A stretch of 38,726 bases of DNA from Neolecta irregularis DAH-3 (lineage: Eukaryota). Location: the NCBI GenBank assembly GCA_001929475.1, contig LXFE01000294.1, positions 1-38,726 on the forward strand, in the 5' to 3' direction. Below the pieces are notes generated by a model, which saw only the letters and a program-made list of their open reading frames with translations, did no database searches and was not told the origin of the DNA. Positions within the stretch are counted from its first letter, which is position 1. The number at the start of each line of letters is the position of its first letter. Position numbers and translations under genes: made by a program. Below, piece by piece: positions 12,589-26,590 of this stretch.

Positions 12589-14230
12589 CTATTCGATTAT
12601 CCATAAACTCCATAATGCGCCACTCAAAGATACGATTGCCATGATCCACCAAACGAGCCATCCAATTTCAGACGTTTCGCCTAAACTAAATAGGAAGCCA
12701 GTGAGTAATGGTCCAATTGCGCGACCAAAGGCTGAAAGCCCCTGTGCAGCGCCGTTTATTGTACCTAAAACTTCCTTTGACGGCGCTGCACTAGACATGA
12801 GTACGACTGAACATGGAAACGCGACACTCCCAAGGATATATCGCGAACAGACTGATAGCACAATTAAAGGCCAGGTCCAATGAGACTCTGAGGGAATGCA
12901 CCTGAGAAAAGGCACAAGAAGGCAAACTATTGGAAACACAGATAATGAAACTCGAAGACATCTAGTTGTGCCATAACGTTGATGTAGAATCGGAAATCCA
13001 AAAATTTGCACGAATAAAGATAGTCCTCCTGCGATTGACATAAGTGTCCCAATTTGCTTTTCGGAGAACCCTAGGCCCCCGGATAAATGAAACAGAGAAA
13101 AAGATTTATTTTTTCCCGGTGCGAGTGATAGAAACATTGGAAATATTTGATCAATCGAAGCGTAATAGAGCCCTAGAATGATATACACACCAATGCAATG
13201 ATTTACTTGCCGAGTAAACACTGCCTTTTTCTGTTGAGACAGACAACTGGGTACAGGATTTTCAATTGTGCAAGCTCCATATGTCGCTGTTGGCTGGTTG
13301 AAAGATGCGTTGTTAGTAAGCAGTTGTTCGGACTCGACGTTAGCTGTATCGACTTTTCTAGGTCCAATATTCGATGATCTCGATAAGAAACATGCGATTT
13401 TCCTCCGAATTTTCCTACCGCTGTCTTCCTTCTCTCGAAATTTTGAGTGCGTTTCTTGAATGTAGAAAAACCCTACAGTCCCTCCGATGATTGTGAAAAT
13501 TGAGATTACGACATTGGGTAAAGCATAAGGATATTTTCGAAATAATTCACTTGACTCAAAAATCTTGGGGTATGCTTTCACTGGATCTGCTAATCTGGTA
13601 TATCAGTAATTTCTGGGACAGTGATGAAGGCATACAATCCACCAATAATAGGCCCAATGATACAACCCAAAGTCCAAAAAGCAGGCATGTATGAGAAAGC
13701 ACGAGCCCGGTCCTTTGGAGAGCTGACTAATTCCGCTACCTCCCAGATCAATGTTAAACTTTTCAAGTTTTTGGTACCACAGTTCGTATCACACCGACAT
13801 TCCCATTCAATAATCCAGCCAGTGATCTCGCAATGATAATCATTGTAAATGATCTACTGAAACCGAACCAGAGAACACTAATACTTGTTCCACATAATCC
13901 AAGTATAATAATGCATTTTCTTCCATATTTATCACTGAGACGACCCCATATCACGCCTGCAGAATTGAATTAGATCTTTGAGATCAGATCTGATATACTC
14001 GATAAACATTCACTGAAAGCAAAAGAAGATGACACGATTCCAGCATATTTCTATGCTGATCAAAACGCCACCCAAGCAAGTTTAAATACCGCAATCTGTG
14101 CTTCATCTTCCGTGATTCCAAAACTTTTGATCATGAAGAAAATGTAAGGAGATATCGAAGTGATTGCAATCGGTTCCGCTAATCGACAAAATCCCAACAA
14201 AAGGATCTTTTTAATTGGAAATGACGGCAT
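12589..14230 (-). CDS. MFS transporter (ZIFL/YCR023C-like, DHA type), 5 exons
   Basis: RLAEPIAITSISPYIFFMI, WGRLSDKYGRK (motif A), ARSLAGLLNGNVGVIRT, IIGPIIGG, LGTINGAAQ..SAFGRAIGP. Confidence 0.93.
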
Positions 14231-15001
14231 CTTGAAGGACTCAAGGGAAACTCAGGAGCTAGGATCCACGTTTGGCAAAAGCGCAGAGAGAGGGACTGTT
14301 GAAAGGAAAAACAGGGGGACGAATATAAATTGAGAAAATTCCACAGACTGGAAATTCAACAACGTGGAAGTGATGGTCATCGCGTAGTAATCATTGATCA
14401 ATTAGAGCATTTCTGATTTTTAGATTTAGGATGATCTTTGATTACCAAAAGTAAGGCAAAGAGTATTTCTATGAAGAATATTCTAGTCCAAAGTTGAGCC
14501 ATTTAATTCTATATTTTACTGATAAAGATTGCACAGAGCGTAGCATCGTTTCATTAGCGGTAGCCTTTAGACGAGCAACAGACAAATAATAAACAATGGC
14601 TTACACTGTAACGTCTTGGGCGGGATCAGCTGAAAGTCTTAAGTCGATGACGTGAGGAGTTAAATTGGATGACATATGACGAGTCAGGTCGGTTTACGGA
14701 CATGTCCGATACCACCACTTGCAAAATAACCGAATATGAGTATGAAACCACATTAAACATAAATATAAGTAAACCAAATAAACTAGAGACCTCTCCAAAG
14801 TAAAAGAATGAACCTACCCCATTTATTAATAGAATTAACTTGAAGAAAAAGTTCTACGTGCATATATGCGGCAGTTGTGGTAGGGATATTCCAGTGAACC
14901 GAGCCGCAGACTGGTGAAGCGTTGCAGCAACCTAGACCCTACTATATACGCAATCTAAACTAACTATGCAAAACCAAGAACCCTATATGCAAAATATAAC
15001 A

Positions 15002-16823
15002 CTACTCAGCTTGTCTAATGAAAGCCTCAATAACGGCTTCATAACATAACACAAACTGCCGTAATGTTTGGACCATACTAATCCGTTTTTCTCGTAGCTC
15101 TAGAACTGTTTTCAAGATCAAGTCTTCTTCGTTATTGGTTGAATCGCGGAGCATAGAAAGAACTGTATCGACTGTGCAAAATGCGCCTGTACGGCCGCAG
15201 CCAGCGGAACAGTGGACGAGCATTGGGCTGGTGGTTGTTGAAGCGATATTTGCCTCGTGAATTAGTGAGAGGAGACTCGAGGGAGCGACAGGGACGCCAA
15301 AATCGGGCCATTCTGTGTACTGGAGATGAGTAACTTCCCGGATGGAGGTGAAAGGGTAATCTGTGTGTGATAGGCTAAATCTTCGGCATATGATCGTGCC
15401 GTTTGCGACTATGTTGGTAGAGATGTTGCGTATAATAAAACACCCCATTTTTTCATCGTTCCAATAATTATGACATTTTATCTTTAGTTAGTGCCTTGAG
15501 AGGAAGAACAAGATTACTTGTCCGGCTTCCTCTATTGTTGTCAACATTACGATGACCCAAACGCGTTGATCCCAAACAATTCTCCAGAAATCTTCGAAGG
15601 TTGAAGGAAGGGGACCCTGCGTAGCGATGTATCTATTTTTCCCGTCTAATGCGTGGCAAAAACTTGCATTGACGTAATCATCTCCGTCTTTAACGAGTTT
15701 GACTCTGGAATGGTCGTATGGCCAGATGTTATTGTACCGATTTTTATTACCTCGCTCGAGGCCAGCGGAGATACTAAAGCCGTCGACAATATTGGGATTG
15801 AGCGCTTTCTGGAGTCTTTTTTGTTCAGTCTTTTCGATGCCGTAAAAAGACTCAGCGAGTTTCTGGGGACCGGAGGGCGAACATGCTATTCGCTTGAGCC
15901 AATTTGGTAGTGCTGACTTTATGGAATCAGAGAGATTGTTTAACCGAAGTGGGATCGGATCGCCTACACCGTTTGCAAGCTCAGTATTTTGACGAATGTT
16001 TGTGAAGAAGGGACAAATGGGCGAGGAGTTTTTAGGAATTTGACACTGTAGTGTTAATGTTGGTCTGCTTGGCAGTGATAGTGACGAAGCGGAAGTTGAA
16101 GAGGATATGGGCAAGGTGTCGATTAAATCTCTGTTTACGCTTGAGAAAGTCTTGAAGCCGCCTAGAAAATTCACATGTCGATAGACAATGACAGGCCATA
16201 CCCTTGAGGTAGAAGACTCTGAGGGCCTGACTGTCACAAGACTCGGTTGCGAATTTCTTTGCGAGCTGTTTACCGGGCCATGAGTCTGTGATGTTTGCAC
16301 AGTCAGCGTCATAGATGACGATGAGGCGTGCGCGTTTGTAGGACGTGAATTTGGAGCGTTGCCCGGTGTCCGGGATTGAATCTGAGATTCTGGCGAGGGT
16401 GAAGCTAGGGCGCTTGAGCAGGGTAGAGGGCACTGAGATGTGGACCGCGGAAGCGATGCGGGCGTCTTCGTAGGCCGAGTGCAGTCGCACATCAAGGATC
16501 AGCAGCGGCTCGCGGCTGCAGCGCAGGAGAACACGCAAGTCTGCAGGCTGCAGTGGAAGCAGACTAACAGGAGTAGGCGCCAGTGCAGGTGAAAATGCGG
16601 GGGTAGGTGTAGAGGCGAGTGAAAACACGGGGGTAGGCCCAGGTGCGAATATTGGCGAGCGAATAGATACTCGCCGCGCTGCCTGCGGCGGCGGCTCTAC
16701 CACTGGGGACTGCCGAGAGCACGGATCTTCTGCGCTAGGCGGTCGTGACGAATGGTCGTTGCACTCGCCAGCCAGGTCAAAATACGAAAACGAGGGAGCG
16801 GCATTATGCAGAGCTACGTCCAT
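15002..16823 (-). CDS. Tyrosine-protein phosphatase with N-terminal rhodanese domain (Pyp1/Ptp2-Ptp3 MAPK phosphatase type), 3 exons
   Basis: LILDVR...[12 protein letters not shown] (KIM/rhodanese), [54 protein letters not shown]. Confidence 0.93.
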
Positions 16824-17778
16824 GGTGGCACACTCAACGTATGCAGGCAGGAACAAACGATGCGGCAATGCCCAAACAGCGTTGCACACAGAGGAGGAAA
16901 AATAGACCAAACCGCTGGTGGAGATTTCGCGGGTGGTGGTGTAGCTTTATACAGATCGCCGCAAAAGCGTAGGGAGGCAAATATCAGTCAGCGGTGGTGT
17001 TCCTGACCGAGACCAGTCGGTGGCGCACATTTTAGCTCCTATGACGTTGTCGCCACTCTCCACCATCTGCGGCTGTCGCCCCAAAGCCCATGTCCTTTTT
17101 CTACAGGGGTCGTTAACAGGATCGTGCGGCCATCTCTACACGCTTCCAGCTGTTCCCTTCAAGATGGGAGAAGGTAGTTCGATCAGTCTGCCTTTCGTGA
17201 TTTGCCAGTATAATTATGGAAATCGATGACGTAATTCTTTAAAGAGCAACATTTTCTTTGCGCTTATCCAAAGCGAGCCGGGACTCGTCTTCGTCATAAC
17301 CATCAGTCAACCCAGATAGCCATGTCAGCTCATTTCTTATCTGGAAATATAACCGCCCGGTCGCTTGCAACCATAGTCTAAGCCACACTTGTCGGAGATA
17401 TCTGCATTGCCGATGTTTAAAGTACTGTTATGATTTACTGTCGACAGGTTTAACCTGGTGAAACATATATCGATCCTGATACACCCGCAAGTCTGAATCC
17501 TAGTATACACAATATACAATAAACCTACTACACAACTAGAATACTTTTCTAGTCATATTTAAATATTCAAAAGCACTTGTCACCCGTTTCTTCGAGCCAT
17601 CGATATCTTCCGTCCGATATAACGACACTTGCGTCACAAGTTCCCCACTTTTTTTCCACCATAGTCTTTTGAAACTGCCCTCCGTTCTTCGCCTCGTTTC
17701 TTCGAGGGTAGTGGTTCACACAGTCCCCCAGGATCTATGTCAATGACCTCCTAACCAATTGAGGGAAGAACTGAAGCT

Positions 17779-18929
17779 ATGTCTTCTTGTATCCTCGAAC
17801 GACACGTAACTCAGTCAACGCTCTTCTTTCTCCCATCGTTTCTCTCTGTTATATCAAGCTCTGAAGGATCAAATGCTATTCTCCAGCAAACCCGTTCAGA
17901 GCCTATCATTTCTTCCAAGCACTTGTTTTCCGAACACATCAGGAGCCATTCTGCACCTAGTTTCTCAGAATTCGAAGAACGTCAGAACAGGGAAACAAAA
18001 CGAAGACATATCATTGAGGAGCTTGTTTCAACTGAAGAAGGGTATGTGAATGATCTGAAGTGCCTAGTTGAAGTATGCAATATCCTAGGCTATATGCTGA
18101 TCGAAGATCTACTTTCGAAGCCTTGCTCGCCAATCTTGGATTTCCCAGTCCGATCTACTCGCGTTGCGAAGAAATATTACGGCAATCCTCGATCTTCAGA
18201 TTGCCATTCTCGAATCCATGAAGAGAGACTTTCCAAGAGAGGCAACTGGTCTTCGAATCGCTGCAGTTGCCTCTAAAGTGTTGACTGAAAAGGTTGAAGA
18301 ACAGTCTCTGGAATATATGCTGATTACAACAGGGGAACAGGTTTATGGTATACCAACAGTATTGCTTGGAACATGACGATGCCTTGCAAGTAATCCATAG
18401 ACACTACAAATCCAGGGAATGGCAAGCCTGGGAACGGGTGTCTTCTTCCTTGTTTGCTGTATCCTAACAGAGTCAGAGCTGTTGGACAATCGCTGAACAT
18501 GATACTGCAACATCAAAAAGGGCTATGCGATTAAACGATCTTATCGCAAAAGTATCCACCTTTGCCTTGCAAGTTGACTAAGCAAAGCCCATTCAGAGAC
18601 TCTGCCGATACTCTCTAATTTTGAATGACCTTTTACTTAACACGCCAATTCAAGATGATTACGAAGCCCATCATAACTTGAAAGACGCTCATCTTCAAAT
18701 GACGAACATTGTAAGTGAAATCAACGAATCTAAGCGACATCGACCCAATAAACGGACTTACTCGCTTCACACAGTTGCTTCCTCAATATCCAGCAAAACT
18801 AGTCTTTCTAGACCGAGTAGTCTTTTAAAGAAGAGCAATTCATGGACAGAAAAGCTAAGCGGGCGATGGAAGAGAAGAATCGTCACACCCGGGTTGGTAA
18901 AACTTGACATCGAGCCTAAAACTGCATGA
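17779..18929 (+). CDS. Dbl-homology (RhoGEF) domain protein, at least 5 exons (start may lie further upstream)
   Basis: KRRHIIEELVSTEEGYVNDLKCLVE/IYF...FMVYQQYC...LNDLIAK/PIQRLCRYSLILNDLLLNTP. No PH domain visible. Confidence 0.85.
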
Positions 18930-19128
18930 GAGAATGGTGTATATTGGTTTTGTGAATCTCGTCCATATATAAACTATATTGATACTAGCGGGAATATGGG
19001 CATGGGAAACTATCGTTATTAGATGTAACTAGTCTAGAAACTCTGAGCTGTGGAGTCATGAACGTCACTTTTCCTCATTGTAACGTGACGTAATACACCA
19101 CTCAACCTCCCTTTCTTCGCCTGTAACC

Positions 19129-19622
19129 ATGAGATCTGGTGCTGTAGCAACCCTTTCCCATAGGACACTTTATTAACTACTAGCACACAAAAGTCGTCTA
19201 CAAAAACTTTATAGTCTTTGTCCAGTCGGAGGAAATTGTAAAGAAGTGGAAAGATGCTGAACACAAAAAGATGAAAGCAACTTTAGAGGGAGATAAGTCA
19301 GTCGGAAATTCAGTTGCACTCGTAGATGTCCTTGATGGATGGAAGATCTTTACTACTCATAGTCAAGGCCCTCAAGGTGTGCTTGGAACTCCCGCGCACA
19401 GTGAGCTAGAGGTTTCTTTAGTCGTATTCGGCCGTGGCTGACATTACAGAATGAACTTGGAGTGAAAAAGGAGGATGATGCTATTCGCAAGATTTTATTA
19501 GAAGGAAGTATTCAGTCTACCAAGTCTGCTGAGAAACTTGGGTAAGCCAGTAGAAGACACCTGGGTTGACTTGCAATAGACATACGAACCTGTCCAATGG
19601 AGCTGGAGATGGTGGTAGATAA
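19129..19622 (+). CDS. RTC3: Rtc3/SBDS N-terminal domain protein, 4 exons
   Basis: Not in the ORF track. Spliced: MRSGA/HTKVVYKNFIVFVQSEEIVKKWK...VALVDVLDGWKIFTTHSQGPQGVLGTPAHSELE/NELGVKKEDDAIRKILLEGSIQ...GR*. Confidence 0.85.
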
Positions 19623-19792
19623 GGATTTTGTTTGTTAATGAATGCACCATTATATCGATACATTGAGAAGATTTGGTGGGGCAAATTTTATTAAGTTATA
19701 CAGAAAAACAAAGAACCGTTTACAATGTGCATGAAGCACAACTTCCCAGCAACACCCAAAAGATTTATCTACATGACAAAAAGAACAACCAC

Positions 19793-22700
19793 CTACCACT
19801 CTGCGATCAGTCCCTCTCTCTGGAGAAACCGAAGAATATAATCATCCACATGTCCTGGTTCATTCTGATCTTCGGTATCTTCCACGTTCGACTGAGAAAC
19901 TTGTGGGTCGTCTTCCTTTACAACTTTGGAGTTCTCATCAAAGTCAATGGCATCCGCATCAATTTCTCCTTGCGCAACGCGAGCAGCAGTTGCATCCTCG
20001 TCGTCCTCAGCGGCAGCCAATGCTTTCTCCATTATGGGCCCTGAGGCTTGATGTCGTTCATCAAGGTTGAACTCAGGTCCAAACATATCTCGCCAATCAA
20101 CTTTGTTGAAATAATCCGTAGTAAATTGACCTTCTGTGATAACCATATTATCAAGCAAACGCTTCTGGTTTGCCTTCTTAAGCATATTTTCTTCGATCGT
20201 GTATTCAGAGACCAATCGATAGATATGAACATCTCGAGTTTGTCCTATTCGATGGCACCTATCGCGTCAATCATCATTCCAAAGAGAGAAGACATACCGA
20301 TCTTGACATTGTCGATCCATGCACGGATTCCAATCAGAGTCATAAAAGATAACGGTATCAGCACCAGTCAAGTTGATCCCCAATCCACCGCTTCGACTAG
20401 ATAAAATAAAAACAAAGATCCTTGGGTCCGAGTTAAACCGCTCTGTGAGAATTTGCCGCTGTTCAATTTTGGTAGAACCGTCTAAACGAGCGTATAAATG
20501 ACCATGAATATTAAGGAATTGCTCTAGTATATCTAGAACACGGGTCATTTGTGTAAAAATTAATACTCGATGATTTTCGGCTTTCAGTTCCCGAAGGAGT
20601 GCATCTAGTCGCTGTAATTTTCCACAATCAAACTGCAACAGTCGTTTGTCAGGGAATGCGATCGATAATCGTACTGCAGCTTGATGTAATGTACTATCTT
20701 CACGATGTGGTTCCAAATATTCTTGGCTTATACCAGAAAGGGACAATGCAGGCATATCTAACGCCACGACCTTTGGTGTCACGAATGCAAATTTCTGAAT
20801 TATCAGATCCAAGTCCTCTGCTCGTTCTTCGTTTGTCCAAAGAAGATCGCGAAGACTAGTTTGATTCCACAATGCATCGTAAGACTCATCGAATTGCTTA
20901 ACCATAGCGGATAATCCAACATCCGCTTTAGAAGGTTCCCGGCACATTTTGATCAATCCGGACCCATAAATCGGAACTTTTTGGGTCCTTTGGTGGTTGA
21001 GATACAAGGAATGTCGCAGCCTTCCTAATAATTCTAGCCTTGTAAGCATTTTACGAAATGATCGATGTTTCTCGAGGGTTTCATAGCCTGGAGTCATTGA
21101 CCAATCAATGGTACTTTGAACTTTGTTCAACTCTGTTGCGATTTGATAATCGCAGCTAAGTTTAACTCTATCGATCGCCGAGAAGAAATCAAGATCCTCA
21201 TTTTCTGTAATGACGAGATTTAGAAAATCTAGATCTAGTTTATCGCTCGAGTCCTCCATGAGGAGTCTTCTTCGAATAAAAAGACTGTTAATCTCAAAAT
21301 CTGCCACCACTGAGCGACTCATCGCAAGCGACGTGACAATGGGTCTTGTCTCGAACAAGTCCGGATGATTGCAAACTTTTCGAAGCTGCATCAGGCAGTT
21401 GATGATACTCAGATAATTCCCCGACTGAAGAGTTTCTTTGGTTTGTCCACGATTTAAGAAATCATCGTATAAAAACCTTTGACGTTTGGATAGACGGCAG
21501 TAAACTACGTGTTCGTATTTGGCAGGCATTTGTTTCTCGACATCGGCTTTGAGGCGGCGAAGGAGGTATGGACGAAGCACTTTGTGCAATTTTGCGACGG
21601 TGTTTTTCGATTCTTCGTCCATCTCCGATTCATTTTCAATCATCTTGTCAACCGGATGAGCAAACCATTCTTGAAATTCCTTGAGGTTTGCAAAACCTGA
21701 GGGCATTCTCTTGGATAACCCCTGTGGCATTAAGAAATATAACAGAGACCACAATTCGACGAGATTGTTTTGGAGAGGTGTTCCCGTGAGAAGCAGACGA
21801 TGTACGGTGTTGAATGACAGTAGCGTCTGCCATCTTTGTGATCGAAAGTTTTTAATGTTATGGGCCTCGTCAAGGATAAGATATTCCCAGCGTTTCCGTT
21901 TAAGCTGGGCCTGATCCTGGAGACATATTTGATACGAGGTAATACAGACGTGCCAAGTATCTTCTTTGTTCCAACCTTTTCGTTTTTCCCGACGTTGATT
22001 TTGACTTCCGTAATACGTGAGAATCTTGAAACCCGGTGCAAATTTCTTGAACTCCACTTCCCAGTTAAGGATAACGCTTGTTGGAACGACGATAAGATGA
22101 GGACCCCAAATGTGCTTTTCGCAAGCCAAATAGGCGAGAAGGGAAATTGTCTGGATAGTTTTCCTAGTTTTGAGTTCAGAACGAAGAAAGAACTCATACC
22201 CAAGGCCCATTTCATCAGCCAAAATCCCATTTGTATCACTATTATGGAGTCCAGCGAGCCAATCAAGACCAATATGCTGATATTCGCGAAGTGTTCCTCT
22301 CAACAAGTGGGGAATACCCGTTTTAAGCGCAGAAGTAGTCGTCATCATGTCTTGATTTGGAGTCGATATCTTCGAATCTGAAACTTGAGGAAATTGATTC
22401 TCTAAACTTGGAGAAGCCGGGCAGGAATTTTCGTCGCCTTGAGTTTGAACTTCCAAAATATGCGGGTCTGCGGTTGTTGAGCCGCCGTAAAGATAATTTA
22501 ACCCTGGTGCATCGTCGCTCATATAGTCAGGTGTATCAGCTTCCGAATCCATAGCCGATGATTGGTCAACTTCCTCAAGGTTTTCGGTGGATGTATGCGA
22601 TTTTAGGCTTTGCTGTATAGCATTTTCATATAATGCGGCGAGTCCTCCAACCTTGTCACTTTCAAGATCAACATCAACATCTGCCGAGTCCGTATGCGCT

Positions 22701-25090
22701 TCGTCTTCATCATCAATCGTACGTTGAGATTTGCTATCGCTGACTTGCTTGGGACTCACAATAACACTTTGCTCCAAAACAACTGCTTTGGTCATTACCA
22801 AAGGCCGATCGTCTTCGACATCGAGGGTTTCTTCTTCCATAGGCGTGTGTACGTCTGGAATTTCCGAATATTTTCGACGTAGTTCTTCCGTTGTCAATTG
22901 GTCATCTTCATGTTCCGATGTCACTTCAATTGAATCATCTGAAAGCTGATCGTCAGGGAAGCTTTCTACTTTGTCCTCCTCCTCTGTCATTTCTTCCTCT
23001 TCACTGACCTCTCCCGACCCATGCTGCGCAGCAAGAAGAGCTTCACTCCTTTCCAAAATTTGATTGAGATGTTTCTTCCCTTCTTTTCTTTGATGCTCTT
23101 CTATCTCAGCCATTCGCAATCGTCTGACCTCCTTATCAACCAGCTTCCATTTCCTTCTAACTTCAAACGCAGTCCGCCTCGCGAGTTGCTTCATTCGACG
23201 CTCCAGCTCCTTCTTCTCCTTCTCATCAGCTCCTTCAAGTCTCTTGAAGTGATTTGTGACTGTATTTGATATCTTTCGGCACTGAGAAATACCGAATTTG
23301 CGGTTATGCAAATATACCTTTCCGGCCATGGTAGCTTGTGAAACAAGATTGTCATATAAATCGGGCTCACGAGGGATCTCAGGCTCCTTCTTCAATACTG
23401 ATATGTCTAATCGATCCTCTGAAAGCCAGCCTTTCGATTTAGCAATTCGTATACGAATATGTGTATGCGCTTCTTTCTCCACGCGAGACTGCGCTTCTTC
23501 TGGCGACAAATCATCGTCTAACGCGATATACGATTCGAGAAAGTCATTCAGAGTGGCAAACTTCTTTGCCTCTGGGACTTGAACGGGGTGTGTAATGATA
23601 GGTTTTGAAAGAGTGAACAAGACTTTGATTCTGGGACGCACAAAATTTTCGCTGGGCGGCTCTTCATGCAAATCTGGGCCGGGGAGTGTACTTACTGATA
23701 GCAATGAGGAATGCTCGTCTTCGGAAGTCTCTTCGTCCTCTTGCTCAGATGTTTCAACAGGGTCTAGAGGGTTGACACCCGTACAATATAATCAACACAA
23801 ACCTGGATTACGATCCTTTGTGGCCTTAACTGGGAGTTTAGAACCTCTGTCTACAGGATATCTGAAAGACTCGACAGGTATATTGTTGACAGAATGGGAG
23901 TCTATATGTCAGTTCATGACGGAATTAAATCATTACATGTTTCTGAGTCAACCGAGATCTTTAAACGACCAGGCCTACGCGTCGTAGGCACGGATGTTGC
24001 AGATCCATCGGAAGGTAAAATGCCGATAACTATTTGGTCAAGAAATCATCGTTTTGAAAAACCGATACAGCCAGTAACAATATTCTCCTTCATTGTCGGT
24101 CGCTCACGACTCCGATTTCGAGGAGGATGTGCAGCTCCAATATCTTGAGATTCTTCAGATGCTGATTCAGATAATTCTTCGTCTGCTCTGATAAACATTT
24201 GTTTACAAACAAATCAGCAAAGATACCTGTATCCAGTACTCTCAAATTTTTTCTTGGTCTACCTGGTCCTCTCTTTCCTCTTGTCTCAGTAAGAGATCGG
24301 CTGCTTCCGTTGGTCCCCGGCGGTTTTTCAGCAGGTGGTGCATTTATGCCGTAACCTATTTTGGGTCGGCCTCGCCCGTGCTTCATAGCTTGTAGTTGGG
24401 ATTTCTGTAGGGGCGATGGTTGTACAGCTTCGCTGCGCTCTTTTTTCCGGGAGATTTCTGATATATGCTCAGACTGCAGGGATTTTCTAAGGCTTCCAGA
24501 TCTTTTTTTGAGTGGTTGTTCTGAGTCTTCAACCGTCATCGGATGTGACAACTGGGGAAGTAACACGATAGTCTGATGATAAGCCGAAATACCTCATTCA
24601 CTCTACCTGTGGCAACGATACATTTGATCCGAGGGTAGTCCCATTTACCAAACTTTTTCGTTGTGCATTGAGCATGCTTCTAGTTGGGCGAGTCCTCCCA
24701 CCCGATCTCTCATCCGCCAATCGTTCAAACATGTCATATCGAGAGGCAAACTGTTAAGTTAACTTACGGTTCTGCTGGAATGGAAAATACCTGTTCAAAA
24801 ACATCACTTTGGTCTTCTTTTGCAATGAGTGGGTTATAATCGGTGAAAGTAACAAATTTATCGGCATGAAATAACCTTCGGACTTGGTCATCCTGATCTT
24901 CTACAATTCTCTGTATCTCCCTTTGCTTATCTGCTATGGTATTCTGTCTAACATGATCGATGGTGGGCTCTTGAGCCGTTGTGTTTTTTGGACGCTTATT
25001 TGGTGGGAGAGGTAATTGAGGAATAACCCGTTTTGTCTGCACTGTGGATATTTCGATCCCATTTTTATGTACCGTGGGATCCAAGGGCAT
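19793..25090 (-). CDS. SWR1: Swr1 chromatin-remodelling ATPase (HSA plus split SNF2 helicase), about 9 exons
   Basis: LRGTLREYQHIGLDWL, GILADEMGLG/KTIQ, LILDEAHNIKNFRSQRWQ, FPDKRLLQFDCGKLQ, DWNPCMDRQCQDR/CHRIGQTRDVHIYR, EPGHVDDYILRF. The N-terminal exons are less certain. Confidence 0.96.
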
Positions 25091-25390
25091 TATTAAATCG
25101 ATTGTGGAATTCGAAGATATACAGCATCCATATAGTGAGGCGTTTTTGACGGGCAGGTAGGAGGTTAGAAATGACGATCATTGATAAAGACCCGACACCT
25201 GATCTGTGCTTAAGGCTAAGAATCGATCTGTTCAAAGCACTAAAAAGCAATCTATATCTTTTTCACAGTCATATTGAGGGTATATTTTGTGCTTGATCCC
25301 ATACTCATGAGATCAGCGTTCGCTTAAACTTAGCAGTTTGCGATGGAACACAGCTCAGCTTGCACTCACTGAGCTGTGGCAATGTTATCT

Positions 25391-26590
25391 CTATAGGCTG
25401 TGGTTTTCAGCGTACCCAATACAGCACTCTGTATTTCGATTCCTACGCATTAATAAACCCGCTACAAAAGCTATCCAGCTTCGATCTGGTGAGAATTGCT
25501 CTCGCAGAATCGTGAAAATACTCTCAATTGCATCGAGCTTCTTATGCATTAAATGAAACGAATCATAAAATTTCGCTCTGATTCTTAGAAGCTTGATGCA
25601 TTGTTCCATTGATGTTAAGGCGTAATAACTACAAAACGTCCTTAGTGTTATCTTAAACGTTACAGCAATCGCCTCGGAAATATTTAAAGGACTCCATTCC
25701 GATCAAAGAATGCTTTCTCTTCAGCTGCTGAAAACCGCCACGGCTCCGTTTCGAAGACCGGCTCGTCGTTCTTCCCCTCCAGTTCCACATAGCCATTTAG
25801 AGTAGTCATTTTCCTTCTCATAGACTTGATCTACCTCGCCTGCCGTCATTACTTTTTCGACTCTATGGATGTTGCAAAGCAAAGGTATTGTAGCAGTTGA
25901 TACCATTGCTTTTGACTTCATCTTTTCGAGTGCTTGGAAGGGTAGTTTGACATAGTCCCCTTTATACATTCTGACATTCGTCAAACCGCAATATTTTCTG
26001 GGACAGTTATCGTCCTTTCTTTTTTGGTTTCCTTACCTGGTATTTGTGGAATTTCATATTCGACCCTGACCATGTAGTGCTCGCAAATCCAGCTTCCAAA
26101 TCATGGTTGATTGTGTACTCCTGGCTAGTAATCGGTTCCGGTATTTCTACCCTTGGCGTTGGTTTATCTATCTGGTTCACTTCAGTCATTGGAAGAGAGA
26201 TATTTTCCAAGAACTTCGCTGCTCAGACCAATCAAACCATAATCACGCTTCAAGATAAGGTAAAGGTTACATCCTAACCTGAGAAGTGTTCCTGTTGTGG
26301 CTATTGGGATTCTACTTCGCCAATGTTTGTAATCAGCGTATCGTGTCCAGATATTCTAATCGCAAATCAACGAGGGGCCGTGTTGTTCCAATTACTGCCA
26401 ACGCTGATCTATTTCTTAACCAAGTGTTTACGACATCTAAAGATTTCGTTATTATATCTGCCTTGGCATTTCTGTGTTCAGCGTGTCTCAACAAGGAACG
26501 ACAAGTTGAAGAACCTTTTCGAACAATTGACCTAAAGACAGAAAGGGCGTGAACCAATTTATTTATCCGAACTGACCGCCTCCTATCATT
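25391..26590 (-). other. Fragmented coding-like region (multi-exon orphan gene or pseudogene)
   Basis: Successive short minus-strand ORFs (26333-26557, 26007-26210, 25721-25984, 25391-25609) are separated by intron-like 39-49 nt GT-AG segments. No recognisable domain and no complete model could be built. Confidence 0.3.

Noticed and set aside
14300-15000. Possible snoRNA or other ncRNA between the MFS and PTP genes
   Set aside because: No convincing paired C/D or H/ACA boxes or terminal stem. Explained as 3' UTR plus promoter.
19250-19310. About 17-aa insertion in Rtc3 as a possible cryptic GC-AG intron
   Set aside because: In frame, purine-rich and coding-like, with no branch motif. Cannot be distinguished from a protein insertion.
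23764-23811. Apparent GT-GG intron in SWR1
   Set aside because: A canonical in-phase TAG acceptor (CCTCTAG|AC) lies 15 nt further on, so no non-canonical site is needed.
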